Of a stretch of 64,000 nt of DNA, positions 12,697 to 23,310 are shown one piece after another (within the stretch, counting starts at the first letter, position 1; each line of letters begins with the position of its first letter). The notes under the pieces were generated by a model. That model had not been told where the DNA came from and ran no database searches. It was given only the letters and a program-made list of their open reading frames with translations. Location: the NCBI GenBank assembly GCA_021811085.1, contig JAJZPQ010000008.1:18498-82497 (forward strand). The letters are read 5' to 3'. The position numbers and the translations under genes are program-made. This DNA is from Pseudomonadota bacterium. Lineage in GTDB: Bacteria > Pseudomonadota > Gammaproteobacteria > Burkholderiales > SG8-39.

Positions 12697-14121
12697 ATGC
12701 GTATCAGTAGCTTGCTCGTGTTGATCTTGGCGTTCACGACGCGCGCCCTGGCCGATGGCCTGCCCGACCTGGGCGATACGGCGCAGCTCGCGCTGACGCC
12801 GCAGATGGAGCGCCGCGTGGGCGAATCGATCATGCGCGACATCCGCCTGCACGATGCGGACTACGACGACGATCCCGAGGCGAGCGCGTATCTGAACGTG
12901 CTCGGCAACCGCCTCGTGGCCAACAGCCAGGACGCGCGCCAGGACTTCGAATTCTTCCTGGAAAAAGATCCGACGATGAATGCGTTCGCGCTGCCCGGCG
13001 GCTATATCGGCGTGAACACCGGCACCATCGTCAACGCGCAGAGCGAATCGGAACTCGCCGCAGTGCTCGCGCACGAAATTGCCCACGTGACCCAGCACCA
13101 TATGGCGCGCATGGCGAGCAATCAAGGCAAGCTGTCGACCGCGGCGCTGGCGGCGATGGTGCTGGCGGTCCTTGCGCGCAACTCCCAGGCCGGATTGGCG
13201 GCCGCGTCCATCGGCCAGGCGGGCGCGATCACGGCGCAGATCGGTTTCACGCGCGAGTTCGAGCGCGAAGCCGACCGCATCGGATTCCAGACGCTGCAGA
13301 AATCCGGTTTCGACGTGCGCGCGATGCCCGCGTTTTTCGAGCGCATGCAAAAAGCGGGGCGTCTGTACGAAAACAATGCGCCGGCCTATCTGCGCACGCA
13401 CCCGATTACCAGCGAGCGCATCGCCGACGCCGAGAACCGGATCCAGGGGCTGCCCTACAAGCAGACGCCGGACAGCCTCGAATTCCAGCTGGTGCGCGCC
13501 AAGCTGCGCGCCGAACAGGGCACGCCGCACGATGCGCTGACGCGGCTCGAAGCCGATCTGCGCGACAAGAAATACAGCAACGAAACGGCGGCGCGCTACG
13601 GCGTTGCCGCGGCGATGTTGCGCGCGGCACAGCCCGCGCGCGCAGCGGCAACGCTCGCGCCGCTGCTGCGCACCACCGAGGATCCGATGCTGGTAGGACT
13701 GGATGCGCGCATCAAGCAGGCGAGCGGCGACGAAAGCGGCGCGCTCGCGGTGCTGCAGCAGGCGCTGGTGCGCTATCCGAACAATCGCGCGCTCACCTAC
13801 GCCTGCATCGAGTCGCTGCAGCGCCTGGGCCGCAATCCCGAAGCGGCCGCGATGGTGGACGAGCAGATCAAGAACTATCCGCACGATGCGCGCCTGTACG
13901 CGCTGCGCGCGCAGGGCTACGCCGCCCTGGGCAAACGCCTGCTGCAGCACCAGGCGCAGGCCGAAGTCTACGCGCTGCAGGGCAGCCTGCCTGCGGCGAT
14001 CGAACAGCTGCAGCTTGCGCAAAAAAGCGGCGATGGCGACTTCTACCAGCTCTCCAGCGTGGATGCGCGCCTGCGCGAACTGCGCGCGCAGCTGCTGCAG
14101 GAGAAGAAGGACAAGCAGTAA
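12697..14121 (+). CDS. bepA: M48-family metalloprotease with TPR domain (BepA/YfgC-like)
   Basis: ORF 12547-14121; the likely start is ATG 12697 (MRISSLLVLILAFTTRALA signal peptide). It has the HEIAHVTQHH zinc motif and a C-terminal TPR-like region. Confidence 0.8.
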   Translation: MRISSLLVLILAFTTRALADGLPDLGDTAQLALTPQMERRVGESIMRDIRLHDADYDDDPEASAYLNVLGNRLVANSQDARQDFEFFLEKDPTMNAFALPGGYIGVNTGTIVNAQSESELAAVLAHEIAHVTQHHMARMASNQGKLSTAALAAMVLAVLARNSQAGLAAASIGQAGAITAQIGFTREFEREADRIGFQTLQKSGFDVRAMPAFFERMQKAGRLYENNAPAYLRTHPITSERIADAENRIQGLPYKQTPDSLEFQLVRAKLRAEQGTPHDALTRLEADLRDKKYSNETAARYGVAAAMLRAAQPARAAATLAPLLRTTEDPMLVGLDARIKQASGDESGALAVLQQALVRYPNNRALTYACIESLQRLGRNPEAAAMVDEQIKNYPHDARLYALRAQGYAALGKRLLQHQAQAEVYALQGSLPAAIEQLQLAQKSGDGDFYQLSSVDARLRELRAQLLQEKKDKQ

Positions 14122-14145
14122 GCTGTGTAAACCCGCTGCGGCGTT

Positions 14146-15150
14146 CTAGCCGGCCTTGCCGGGCGCTTCGAAATAGGCCTCGTACAGCAGGTCGAAAGTC
14201 ATTTCGGTTTCGGCGAGCAGCTGGTCCTCGTTCTCGGTGCGGCGCGCGGCGCCCTGCAGCAGCGTCTGCACCCCGGCGGCTTCGGCCACTTTGGTCTCGC
14301 CTGCGTTGAGCGCATGAATGAGCGTGCCGATGCGCGCCAGAGCGCTGTTCTTTTCCAGCTTGAAGCCGGCGAGGATTTCCTCGAATGTGACTTTTTCCCT
14401 GCTGTTGCAGAACGTTGCGCCGTGGTAGCCGTAGCTGATCGCGGTGGCGGGGCATTCCTGGTTCTTGTCCAGCCACAGCAGCTTCGCCTCCGGGTCGATG
14501 AAGCGCCGGATCAGCCAGGCCGAAGCGAGCTTGTCCGCCCACAGCGGCTTGCGCGTCGCCCACACGCGCTGCAAATACAGCTTGCCGGTGGTATCGAGCG
14601 CGCTGGCTTTCTTCGGTGCTTCGGGGAACATCAGCGCGTGCACTGCCTGTTCGGCTTCCTCCAGCGCGCGCGCCGCACGCGCCTTCGTCTCCGACGGAAA
14701 AAAATCCAGCGTGCTGATGATCTTGAACTCGCGCTTCTGCTTGGCGAGCAGGCGCATGATCGACCCGGGATCGGAGACCCCGAAGCCGGAGCGCAGGCTG
14801 TCCACCGTCTTGATCAGTTCTTCGTATTTGTGCGTGCGGTCGAACAGGCCGAGGAACTGCTGCGTCTGTGCTTCGTCCAGGCTGTTGAGCGAGAGCAGGT
14901 GGGCCGAGCCGTTGATGCGCGCAATGTGCTCGGACAAGCTGGAGAGGCCCTGGCGCGCAGCTGGCGTGTCGGGCAGCAGGAACACGCCGTCGCGCAGCAC
15001 CGCGCAGCCGAGCGATTCGAGCGTGCGCAGCACGCTCATGCGCGCTGCCGGGTCGTCGGTGGGCAGCGTGGTGACATAGGCGAGCCAGCGCGTCGCTTCG
15101 GCTCTGGCGCCGTCAGCGGCCATGGCTACTGCCCCGGCCGGGCGCGCCAA
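14146..15150 (-). CDS. ChrB-domain (chromate-resistance regulator-like) protein
   Basis: 334 aa. The N-terminal LPTDDPAARMSVLRTLESLGCAVLRDGVFLLP resembles the ChrB N-domain, and a ChrB C-terminal-like region follows (FIDPEAKLLWLDK...). No chrA is nearby. The start is uncertain (15150 or 15123). Confidence 0.6.
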   Translation of the reverse strand: MARPAGAVAMAADGARAEATRWLAYVTTLPTDDPAARMSVLRTLESLGCAVLRDGVFLLPDTPAARQGLSSLSEHIARINGSAHLLSLNSLDEAQTQQFLGLFDRTHKYEELIKTVDSLRSGFGVSDPGSIMRLLAKQKREFKIISTLDFFPSETKARAARALEEAEQAVHALMFPEAPKKASALDTTGKLYLQRVWATRKPLWADKLASAWLIRRFIDPEAKLLWLDKNQECPATAISYGYHGATFCNSREKVTFEEILAGFKLEKNSALARIGTLIHALNAGETKVAEAAGVQTLLQGAARRTENEDQLLAETEMTFDLLYEAYFEAPGKAG

Positions 15151-15403
15151 GGCCGCGTTAATTGGACATTTTTTGCCGCGGCCGCATGGTCCATGCTTGC
15201 TCCCTTCGGATACCGGATTTTAGCAACTATGGCAAGCTGCTTCCAGCCAAGAGGCCCTAATCAGCCGGCCTTATCAGCAAATCAAAATCTCTGGCTTGTG
15301 AGTGCGCCCGTCACTGCGCACAATGATCGCAATTTGCTGCCGCATGCCTGCGCGTCTGGCCTGCGGCCGGGCCATCAATCCAGTTCGAAAAAGAGGCAAG
15401 CCC

Positions 15404-16621
15404 ATGTCCAAACTAGTCCATCCTCACGGAGGAGGTTCGCTCAAGCCTTTGCTGCTCACCGGGGCCGCGCTGAAAGCGGAGCTCGCGCGGGCGCAAAAGC
15501 TGCCGCGGCTGCGCGTATCCTCGCGCGAAAAAGGCGATCTCATCATGCTCGGCATCGGCGGCTTCACGCCGCTCGACGGCTTCATGACCCAGCTCGACTG
15601 GGAAGGCGTGTGCGACGGCTACCGCATGGCGAGCGGCCTGTTCTGGCCGATTCCGATCACGCTTTCCGCTTCCAAGGCGACTGCCGCGGGTATCCAGACC
15701 GGCAGCGAGCTCGCGCTCATCGACCCCGATTCGGACGAGATTCTCGCGACCATCAAGGTGACCGAGAAATACGCAATCGACAAAGCGCACGAATGCATGT
15801 CGGTGTTTCGTACCGCCGACGAGGCGCATCCGGGTGTGAAGATGGTCATGGCGCAGGGGGAAGTCAACCTCGCCGGCCCGGTCAAGGTGCTCTCCGACGG
15901 CGGTTTCAAGGCGAAGTACGGTGCGCTGTTCATGACCCCGGCCGAGACGCGCGCCGCGTTCGAGCGCCTGGGCTGGTCGAAGGTGGCCGCGTTCCAGACA
16001 CGCAATCCGATGCACCGCTCGCACGAGTACTTGGCCAAGGTCGCGATCGAAACCTGCGACGGCGTGCTGGTGCATTCGCTGCTGGGTGCGCTCAAGCCGG
16101 GCGACATCCCTGCCGAGGTGCGCACCGAGGCGATCGGGGTGCTGATGGACAAGTATTTCGTGAAGAACACTGTGGTGCAGGCGGGTTACCCGCTCGACAT
16201 GCGCTATGCCGGCCCGCGCGAAGCGCTGCTGCACGCCTTGTTCCGCCAGAACTATGGCTGCTCGCATCAGATCGTCGGCCGCGACCATGCCGGCGTGGGC
16301 AGCTATTACGGCCCGTTCGATGCGCATCATATTTTCGATCAGATTCCGCCGGGATCGCTGGAGACCGAGCCGCTCAAGATCGACTGGACTTTCTGGTGTT
16401 ACCAATGCGGCGGCATGGCGTCGGCGCGCACCTGCCCGCACGATGAGAAGGACCGCCTGAACGTTTCGGGCACCAAGCTGAGGAAGTGGCTGTCCGAAGG
16501 CAGCCCGGTGCCTGCCGAATTCAGCCGGCCGGAAGTGCTCGCGATTCTGCAGCAGTATTACGCCACGCTCGAAGCGCACGAAAAAGTCGAAGTGAAGCTC
16601 GCGGGCCATTCGGCGCGCTAG
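15404..16621 (+). CDS. sat: Sulfate adenylyltransferase (ATP sulfurylase, dissimilatory Sat)
   Basis: ORF 15302-16621; the start is ATG 15404 ([18 protein letters not shown]...). Conserved blocks are [13 protein letters not shown] and VGRDHAGVG. It lies directly upstream of aprBA. Confidence 0.92.
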   Translation: MSKLVHPHGGGSLKPLLLTGAALKAELARAQKLPRLRVSSREKGDLIMLGIGGFTPLDGFMTQLDWEGVCDGYRMASGLFWPIPITLSASKATAAGIQTGSELALIDPDSDEILATIKVTEKYAIDKAHECMSVFRTADEAHPGVKMVMAQGEVNLAGPVKVLSDGGFKAKYGALFMTPAETRAAFERLGWSKVAAFQTRNPMHRSHEYLAKVAIETCDGVLVHSLLGALKPGDIPAEVRTEAIGVLMDKYFVKNTVVQAGYPLDMRYAGPREALLHALFRQNYGCSHQIVGRDHAGVGSYYGPFDAHHIFDQIPPGSLETEPLKIDWTFWCYQCGGMASARTCPHDEKDRLNVSGTKLRKWLSEGSPVPAEFSRPEVLAILQQYYATLEAHEKVEVKLAGHSAR

Positions 16622-16685
16622 TTGCAGGATTTGTTTGGTTTTAATTGTTGAACTTGATTTTGTTTCTTTCTAGGAGGTAGTAACG

Positions 16686-17150
16686 ATGCCGACATTCGTC
16701 CGTACCGAAAAATGCGACGGCTGCAAGGGGCAGGACAAGACCGCGTGCATGTACATTTGCCCGCACGATCTGATGCATCTGGACCGCGACGGTTCCGTGA
16801 CCGGCCATGCGATGAAGGCCTACAACGTGGAGCCGGAACAGTGCTGGGAGTGCTATTCCTGCGTCAAGATCTGTCCGCAGAACGCGATCGAGTGCCGCCA
16901 CTACGCCGACATCGTGCCGCTGGGCGCTTCGGTGCAGCCCTTGCGCGGAACCGATTCCATCATGTGGACCATCAAGTTCCGCAACGGCACCATGAAGCGC
17001 TTCAAGTTCCCGATCCGCACCACGCCCGAGGGCTCGGCTGATCCCTACGGCGGCAAGCCGAAGGCGAACATGGCCGACATCGCCAATGACCAGGTGCTGT
17101 TCACCAAGGCCGTGCATGGAGGCGATCGCAGCCAGTTCGTCAAGGGATAA
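16686..17150 (+). CDS. aprB: Adenylylsulfate (APS) reductase beta subunit
   Basis: 154 aa. MPTFVRTEKCDGCKG...CMYICPHDLM...CWECYSCVKICP gives two [4Fe-4S] motifs, followed by the typical AprB C-terminal tail. RBS AGGAGG lies upstream. Confidence 0.95.
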   Translation: MPTFVRTEKCDGCKGQDKTACMYICPHDLMHLDRDGSVTGHAMKAYNVEPEQCWECYSCVKICPQNAIECRHYADIVPLGASVQPLRGTDSIMWTIKFRNGTMKRFKFPIRTTPEGSADPYGGKPKANMADIANDQVLFTKAVHGGDRSQFVKG

Positions 17151-17272
17151 GGAACAGACCGTGGAGCGCCGGACGGGCTTTGCATCCGGCAGCCGCGCTT
17201 CGGGCCGAAATGTTTTTAACGGCAGAGGGCTACCGGGTTTAGCCCAAGCCGCATTGATAAAGGAAATCTGCA

Positions 17273-19183
17273 ATGGCTGAATATGTGTTTGGCAATCCTG
17301 AAATCGTCGAAGAAGAAGTCGACATGCTCATCATCGGCGGCGGCATGGCCGCCTGCGGCACCGCATTCGAGGTCCCGCGCTGGATCGAAGGCACCGGCCT
17401 CAAGGTGAAGCTGGTGGACAAGGCGGCGCTGTCGCGCTCGGGCGCGGTCGCGCAGGGCCTGTCGGCGATCAACACCTACCTCGGCGAAAACGATCCCGCC
17501 GACTACGTGCGCTACGTGCGCAACGACCTGATGGGCATCGTGCGCGAAGATCTGATCTACGACGTCGGCCGTCACGTCGACGATTCGGTGCACAATTTCG
17601 AGGACTGGGGCCTGCCGATCTGGAAGGCTCAGGGCGACGAGGAAAAATCGCTGCGCAATGGCGGCAAGCCGGTGCGTTCCGGCCGCTGGCAGATCATGAT
17701 CAACGGCGAATCCTACAAGTGGATCGTGGCCGAGGCGGCGAAGAAGGCGCTCGGCATGGATAACATCCAGGAGCGCGTGTTCATCGTGCGCCTGATCAAC
17801 GACAAGAACGACCCCACCCGCATCGCCGGCGCGGCGGGCTTTTCGGTGCGCGAGCACAAGCTCTACATCTACAAGTTCAAGGCCTGCATGCTCGCCGCCG
17901 GCGGTGCGGTGAACGTGTTCCGCCCGCGCTCGGTGGGCGAGGGCGGCGGGCGCGCCTGGTTCCCAGTGTGGAACGCCGGCTCGACCTATTCGATGGCGGC
18001 CGAAGCCGGCGCCGAAATGACCATGATGGAAAACCGCTTCGTCCCGGCGCGCTTCAAGGACGGCTACGGCCCGGTGGGCGCTTGGTTCCTGCTGTTCAAG
18101 GCTAAAGTCATGAACGGCATGGGCGAGGACTACAACGCGCTGCGCGGCGACAGCATCAAGGACGAGAAGCGCTTCGGCAAGTACGGCCAGGGCGTGCCGG
18201 GCACCTGCCTCCGGAACCACATCATGCTGGAGGAGATGATCAACGGCCGCGGCCCGATTTTCATGGACACCCCGGCGGCGTTGGCGAAGCTGGGCGAGAA
18301 AATGACGCCGAAGGAGTTGAAGCACCTCGAATCCGAGGCGTGGGAGGACTTCCTCGACATGACCATCAGCCAGTGCGGCATCTGGGCCGGTGAGAACGTC
18401 GAGCCGGAAAAAACCATGTCGGAGATCATGCCGACCGAGCCGTACCTGCTCGGTTCGCACTCGGGCTGCGCCGGCCTGTGGGTGTCGGGCCCGACCGACC
18501 TGCCCGGCGTGCCCAGGGAATGGTCCTGGGGCTACCGCAGCATGACCACGGTGAAAGGCCTGTTCTCGGCCGGCGACGGCGTCGGCGCCTCGGGCCACAA
18601 GTTCTCCTCGGGCTCTCACGCCGAAGGGCGCATCGCCGGCAAGGCGATGGTCAAGTACTGTCTCGACAACAAGGATTGGAAGCCCACGCTTGATCGCACG
18701 CCGCAGGAAATCGCGGACGAAATCTACAAGCCGGTGCGCACTTTCCTCGAGCACAAGGACTACACGACGGCGATCGACATCAATCCGAACTACATCACGC
18801 CCAAGATGCTGCAGTTCCGGCTGCAGAAAATCATGGACGAATACGTGGCCGGCGTGGGCACCTACTACCGCACCAACAAGAAGCTGCTCGAGATCGCGGA
18901 ATTCAAGCTCGAAATGCTGAAGGAAGACTCGCTCAAGATGCGCGCGAAGGACCTGCACGAACTGTTGCGTGCCTGGGAGAACTACCATCGCATCATGTCC
19001 GCCGAGGCGCACATGAAGCACATTCAGTTCCGCGAGGAAACCCGCTATCCGGGCTTCTACTACCGCATGGACCACAACTATATCGACGACGAAAACTGGA
19101 AATGCTTCAGCAACTCGCGCTACGACAAGGCGACGAAGAAATGGACGCTGAAGAAGGTCCCGTACGTGCAGGTCATCAAGTAG
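17273..19183 (+). CDS. aprA: Adenylylsulfate (APS) reductase alpha subunit
   Basis: 636 aa with FAD motif DMLIIGGGMAACG and conserved AprA blocks (SGAVAQGLSAINTY, WFPVWNAGSTYSM, YRMDHNY). It follows aprB after a 122-nt spacer. Confidence 0.95.
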   Translation: MAEYVFGNPEIVEEEVDMLIIGGGMAACGTAFEVPRWIEGTGLKVKLVDKAALSRSGAVAQGLSAINTYLGENDPADYVRYVRNDLMGIVREDLIYDVGRHVDDSVHNFEDWGLPIWKAQGDEEKSLRNGGKPVRSGRWQIMINGESYKWIVAEAAKKALGMDNIQERVFIVRLINDKNDPTRIAGAAGFSVREHKLYIYKFKACMLAAGGAVNVFRPRSVGEGGGRAWFPVWNAGSTYSMAAEAGAEMTMMENRFVPARFKDGYGPVGAWFLLFKAKVMNGMGEDYNALRGDSIKDEKRFGKYGQGVPGTCLRNHIMLEEMINGRGPIFMDTPAALAKLGEKMTPKELKHLESEAWEDFLDMTISQCGIWAGENVEPEKTMSEIMPTEPYLLGSHSGCAGLWVSGPTDLPGVPREWSWGYRSMTTVKGLFSAGDGVGASGHKFSSGSHAEGRIAGKAMVKYCLDNKDWKPTLDRTPQEIADEIYKPVRTFLEHKDYTTAIDINPNYITPKMLQFRLQKIMDEYVAGVGTYYRTNKKLLEIAEFKLEMLKEDSLKMRAKDLHELLRAWENYHRIMSAEAHMKHIQFREETRYPGFYYRMDHNYIDDENWKCFSNSRYDKATKKWTLKKVPYVQVIK

Positions 19184-19215
19184 CCTCTGCGCCGACCAGG
19201 CGCTAGTCCAGTCGG

Positions 19216-19252
19216 GGGTCTGGGTATAATCTACCCAGACCCTTTGTTTTTT
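19216..19252 (+). terminator. Rho-independent terminator after aprA
   Basis: An 11-bp perfect stem GGGTCTGGGTA / TACCCAGACCC with loop TAATC, followed by TTTGTTTTTT. It starts 33 nt after the aprA stop. Confidence 0.75.
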
Positions 19253-19275
19253 GGCCACACAACCGGACACCCCCA

Positions 19276-20241
19276 ATGAGTATCGACATACGCCTGCCAC
19301 CGCCCGAACCCGGACCGGACCGGCTCGTAAACGAGGAATACAGCGACCCCAGCCCGGTCACGCCGGTACAGCCGGTGCAGCTCACCCAGGACGACAGCTT
19401 TCAGTTCAGCTGCCACAAGGGCATCGCCTGTTTCAACAAATGCTGCCAGAACATCGACATCATGCTCGCGCCGTATGACCTGCTGCGCCTGAAAAAGCGC
19501 TTGGGCATAAGCTCGCGCGATTTCATCGACAACTTCACCCGCGATTTCGCGATGGACGGCCACGGCATGCCGGGGCTCAAGCTCGCGACCAAGGACGAAT
19601 CCCCTGCCTGCGTGTTCCTCACGCCCGAGGGCTGCGGCGTCTACGCCGACCGTCCCTCCGCCTGCCGCTATTACGCGCTCGGCCTCCTGTCCATGCGCAA
19701 GAAGGATTCGCCCACGGACGAGGATTCGTATTTCGTGGTGAAGGAAGACCATTGCCTCGGCCACCAGGAGCCGAAGACGCAGACGGTGCGCGACTATCGC
19801 CGCGAGCAGGGGCTGGAGGACTACGACGCGATCAACCGCGAGTGGCGCCAGATCGTGTTGAAGAAGCGCTCCAGCGGCCCGACCGTGGGCAAGCCCTCCG
19901 AGCGCAGCATGGAGCTGTTCTTCCTGGCGAGTTACAACCTGGACGGCTTTCGCGATTTCATCTCCACGCCCGGTTTCACCGAGCTGTTCGAACTCGACCC
20001 GGCGGAAAAAGAGCTGCTGCTCGCGAACGACGAAGCGCTGCTGCGCTTCGCGTTCCGTTTCCTCAAGCAGGCGCTGTTCGGGGAGATCACCATCCCGATA
20101 CGGGCGGACGCGGCGGACAAGCGGCGCGAGCGCTATCGGCAAAGGATGGAGCAGCTCGAGCGCGAAGCGGCAGAACGCAAGTCGATGGATCAGGACGCGC
20201 AGTACGAGAGCCTGAAGCACGAGAGCCAAGACGACGAATGA
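19276..20241 (+). CDS. YkgJ/UPF0153-family Cys-cluster (Zn/Fe-chelating) protein with charged C-terminal extension
   Basis: 321 aa. It has the Cys motifs [14 protein letters not shown] and [22 protein letters not shown] that are characteristic of the CxxCxxCC family. The tail is K/E/R-rich. Its stop overlaps the next start (ATGA). Confidence 0.7.
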   Translation: MSIDIRLPPPEPGPDRLVNEEYSDPSPVTPVQPVQLTQDDSFQFSCHKGIACFNKCCQNIDIMLAPYDLLRLKKRLGISSRDFIDNFTRDFAMDGHGMPGLKLATKDESPACVFLTPEGCGVYADRPSACRYYALGLLSMRKKDSPTDEDSYFVVKEDHCLGHQEPKTQTVRDYRREQGLEDYDAINREWRQIVLKKRSSGPTVGKPSERSMELFFLASYNLDGFRDFISTPGFTELFELDPAEKELLLANDEALLRFAFRFLKQALFGEITIPIRADAADKRRERYRQRMEQLEREAAERKSMDQDAQYESLKHESQDDE

Positions 20242-21062
20242 GCGGTCCGCAGGCACTGCGGCGGCTGGACGCGGACCTGGACCGCATCGAAGCCGAACCC
20301 TATTACGAGCCGATCGGCAGCGAAGTGGCATTGTTCGAGGCCGCGTGGAAAAGCCGCGTGCCGGTGCTGCTCAAGGGGCCCACCGGCTGCGGCAAGACGC
20401 GCTTCGTCGAACACATGGCGTGGCGCCTGGCGCGGCCGCTGGTGACCGTGTCCTGCCACGACGACCTCACCGCTTCCGATCTGGTCGGGCGCTACCTGAT
20501 CGTCGACAACGAGACCGTGTGGATGGACGGGCCGCTCGCGCGCGCGGTGCGCTCGGGCAGCCTCTGTTATCTGGACGAGATCGTCGAAGCGCGCAAGGAC
20601 ACCACCGTGGTGATCCATCCGCTGGCCGACAGCCGCCGCATCCTGCCGATGGAAAAGCGCGGCGAACTGCTGCGCGCGCCCGACGAGTTCATGCTGATCC
20701 TGTCCTACAACCCGGGCTACCAGAGCGTGCTGAAGGAACTCAAGCATTCGACGCGCCAGCGCTTCGTCGCGATCGAATTCGACTATCCGCGCGCCGATCT
20801 CGAGGCGAAGATCGTGGTCAGCGAGAGCGGCATCAATCTGCACATCGCCGAGCGCCTGGTGAAATTCGCCGCGCTCACGCGCAACCTCAAGGGCGGCGGC
20901 CTGGACGAAGGCGCGAGCACGCGCCTGCTGGTGCATGCGGCGCAGCTGATGCAGCGCGGCGTCGCGGCGCACGCCGCCTGCACTGCCGCGATCTCGCTCG
21001 CGCTCTCCGACGATCCCGAAATGCTCGCCGCTATCGACGAGCTCGCGTCGGCGGTGTTCTAG
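20238..21062 (+). CDS. MoxR-class AAA+ ATPase, CbbQ/NirQ/NorQ family
   Basis: In-frame ATG 20238 within ORF 19752-21062. 274 aa with Walker [12 protein letters not shown], Walker [11 protein letters not shown] and a typical CbbQ/NorQ length. Confidence 0.85.
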   Translation: MSGPQALRRLDADLDRIEAEPYYEPIGSEVALFEAAWKSRVPVLLKGPTGCGKTRFVEHMAWRLARPLVTVSCHDDLTASDLVGRYLIVDNETVWMDGPLARAVRSGSLCYLDEIVEARKDTTVVIHPLADSRRILPMEKRGELLRAPDEFMLILSYNPGYQSVLKELKHSTRQRFVAIEFDYPRADLEAKIVVSESGINLHIAERLVKFAALTRNLKGGGLDEGASTRLLVHAAQLMQRGVAAHAACTAAISLALSDDPEMLAAIDELASAVF

Positions 21063-21099
21063 CAGCGCGTCGCGACCGCAGCATGGCTAGGCGCTCACG

Positions 21100-23187
21100 T
21101 TGACCGAACTCAGATCGCTGTCGCAACAGGAACTCGAGGAAAAACTCGACGACATCCTCTGCGCCGCATTATCGTCGCGGCGCAGCGCGGCCGCGATCGC
21201 GGCGGGGATCGCGCCGCTTCCCCGCGCGCAGCAGGACTTCGTGCTCGCCTGGGCCGAAGTCGCGGCGCAGAACGTGGCCGAACTCGGCTATCAGTTCACG
21301 GCACAGGCGCCGCAGGCGCTCGCGCTGCTCGGCCGCGGCGGCACGGAGAAATGGCTGCTCGCCGCGCTCGACGCCTACGACAAGGAAGGGCTGTACCCGG
21401 CCTGCGCCGCGCTGAAAGACCTCGCCGGCTTCAAGCGCCGCGCCGATGCGGCGGGCGCGGGCGTGGCGCTCGCCGAGGTCGCGCGCGTGCTCGAACTGTT
21501 CCTGCGCGGGCTCGCCGGGCGCAGGCTGCAGCTCGAAGCCTCCGATGAGACCTGGACCGATACCGGGACCATTTTCCTGCCCGAGCGCATCGCGCGCCAC
21601 TCGGAGCGCGCGCAGAATTTCCGCCTGTACAAGGCGATCGCGGTGCACCACTGGGCCCAGGCGCGCTACGGCAGCTTCAATCTCGATCTCGCGCCGGTGC
21701 TCGCTGCCTATGCGGTGCCGGAGCGCGCGCTCGCCTGGTTCAATTTGCTCGAGGCGATCCGGCTGGAGAGCCAGGTAGGACGCGGGTTTCCGGGCCTTGC
21801 CGCGCTGCTCGCTGCGCTGCGCGGCGAGCTTGCGCCCGGGCTCGCCGCGGCGCAGGCGCGCCTGGCGCACGCGGAATCGTCGGTTGCGCACAGCGTGGCG
21901 CTGCTGCGCGAATTTCATGCGCTGCCGCTGCCCGAGCCCTTTCCCTACATGGGCAGCCTCTATCCGCAGCGCGCGGCCGAAGTGCGCGGCGAGCGCATCG
22001 CGAAAGAGCGGCGAGCGCTGTACACCGAGCTCGAGCAATTGCGGCTTGCACTGCAGGCGGAGCGGCCCGAACTGCAGGATGGCGAAGCCGCGCTGGAAGT
22101 GGAGAGTTCGTTCGAGACGCTGGAATTCGAATTGCAGATCGACGGCGAGGCGGTGGCGCCGCCCGAGGAAGTCGCCAGGCTCATGCGCTCGATCATCCAG
22201 GACTTCGGCGAAATTCCCGAGGAGTACCTGCTCGCCTCCGGCCCCGGCGCCTACGCGCCCGATGCGCTGGCGCAGGGCGAAGACGCGAGCGGACTCGCCG
22301 AATCCCGCGCCGAGGGCGGCCGGCTCTACGACGAATGGGATTTCCGCCGGCGCGATTACCGCAAGGACTGGTGCGTGCTGTTCGAGTCCGAGGTGCTGCC
22401 GGGCGATCCCGCCTATGTCGCGGGCGTGCGCGCGCGCTACGCCGGGCAGATCGCGCAGCTGCGCCGGCGCTTCGAGGCGCTGCGCGGCGAAGACCGGCTC
22501 GCGCGGCGCCAGCACGAGGGCGAGGACATAGACTTCGACGCGCTGGTCGAAGCCTACGCCGACCGCGCGAGCGGCATCGAAGCCTCCGAGCGCCTGTTCG
22601 TGCAGCGCCGGCGCATCGAGCGCAACATCGCGGCGATGTTCATGGTCGACATGAGCGGCTCGACCAAGGGCTGGATCAATGCCTGCGAGCGCGAGGCGCT
22701 GGTGCTGCTGTGCGAGGCGCTGGAAGCGCTGGGCGACCGCTACGCGATCTACGGTTTTTCCGGCTGGACGCGCAAGCGCTGCGACATCTATCGCATCAAG
22801 ACGTTCGGCGAGCACTATGGCGAGGCGGTGCGCGCGCGCATCGCCGGCGTCGAGCCGCGCGACTACACGCGCATGGGCGTCGCGATCCGCCATCTCAGCG
22901 GGATCCTCAACGAAGCCGAGGCGAAGACGCGCATCCTGTTCACGCTCTCGGACGGCAAGCCCGACGATTTTCATGACGGCTATCGCGGCGACTACGGCAT
23001 CGAGGACACGCGCCAGGCGCTGCTCGAAGCGCGCCAGTCCGGCATCCATCCGTTCTGCGTCACCATCGACGAAGAGGCGCGCGACTACCTGCCGCATATG
23101 TACGGTCCGGCAAGCTGGGTGCTGATCGACGATGCCGGCCAGCTGCCGCTCAAAACGGCAGAAGTGTACCGGCGCCTGACCAGCTGA
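21100..23187 (+). CDS. VWA-domain protein, CbbO/NorD family (partner of CbbQ/NorQ ATPase)
   Basis: 695 aa with a TTG start in the ORF track. The C-terminal von Willebrand A domain carries a MIDAS-like motif VDMSGST...LSDGKPDD. Confidence 0.8.
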   Translation: MTELRSLSQQELEEKLDDILCAALSSRRSAAAIAAGIAPLPRAQQDFVLAWAEVAAQNVAELGYQFTAQAPQALALLGRGGTEKWLLAALDAYDKEGLYPACAALKDLAGFKRRADAAGAGVALAEVARVLELFLRGLAGRRLQLEASDETWTDTGTIFLPERIARHSERAQNFRLYKAIAVHHWAQARYGSFNLDLAPVLAAYAVPERALAWFNLLEAIRLESQVGRGFPGLAALLAALRGELAPGLAAAQARLAHAESSVAHSVALLREFHALPLPEPFPYMGSLYPQRAAEVRGERIAKERRALYTELEQLRLALQAERPELQDGEAALEVESSFETLEFELQIDGEAVAPPEEVARLMRSIIQDFGEIPEEYLLASGPGAYAPDALAQGEDASGLAESRAEGGRLYDEWDFRRRDYRKDWCVLFESEVLPGDPAYVAGVRARYAGQIAQLRRRFEALRGEDRLARRQHEGEDIDFDALVEAYADRASGIEASERLFVQRRRIERNIAAMFMVDMSGSTKGWINACEREALVLLCEALEALGDRYAIYGFSGWTRKRCDIYRIKTFGEHYGEAVRARIAGVEPRDYTRMGVAIRHLSGILNEAEAKTRILFTLSDGKPDDFHDGYRGDYGIEDTRQALLEARQSGIHPFCVTIDEEARDYLPHMYGPASWVLIDDAGQLPLKTAEVYRRLTS

Positions 23188-23310
23188 AGCAGCCGTTGCG
23201 GCGGCAAGCTTGGGCGCAGGCCGCGCATGGATTACAATTCGGGCTGCGGGAGTATTCTCCCGGTCCACACGCCATCCCGCCTATCCTGATCATCCTACCT
23301 CCTGGAGCCT

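Noticed and set aside
14314-16609. A 710-aa plus-strand ORF (14314-16446) and a 398-aa minus-strand ORF (15413-16609) overlapping the ChrB-like gene and sat.
   Set aside because: They are out of frame or antisense to genes with strong family signatures, and their composition is low-complexity.
17216-19300. A 694-aa minus-strand ORF opposite aprA.
   Set aside because: It is antisense to an unmistakable AprA and has no motifs of its own.
21169-23268. A 699-aa minus-strand ORF opposite the VWA (CbbO/NorD-like) gene.
   Set aside because: It is an antisense shadow ORF. The VWA MIDAS motif and the coupling to the AAA+ gene support the plus-strand reading.
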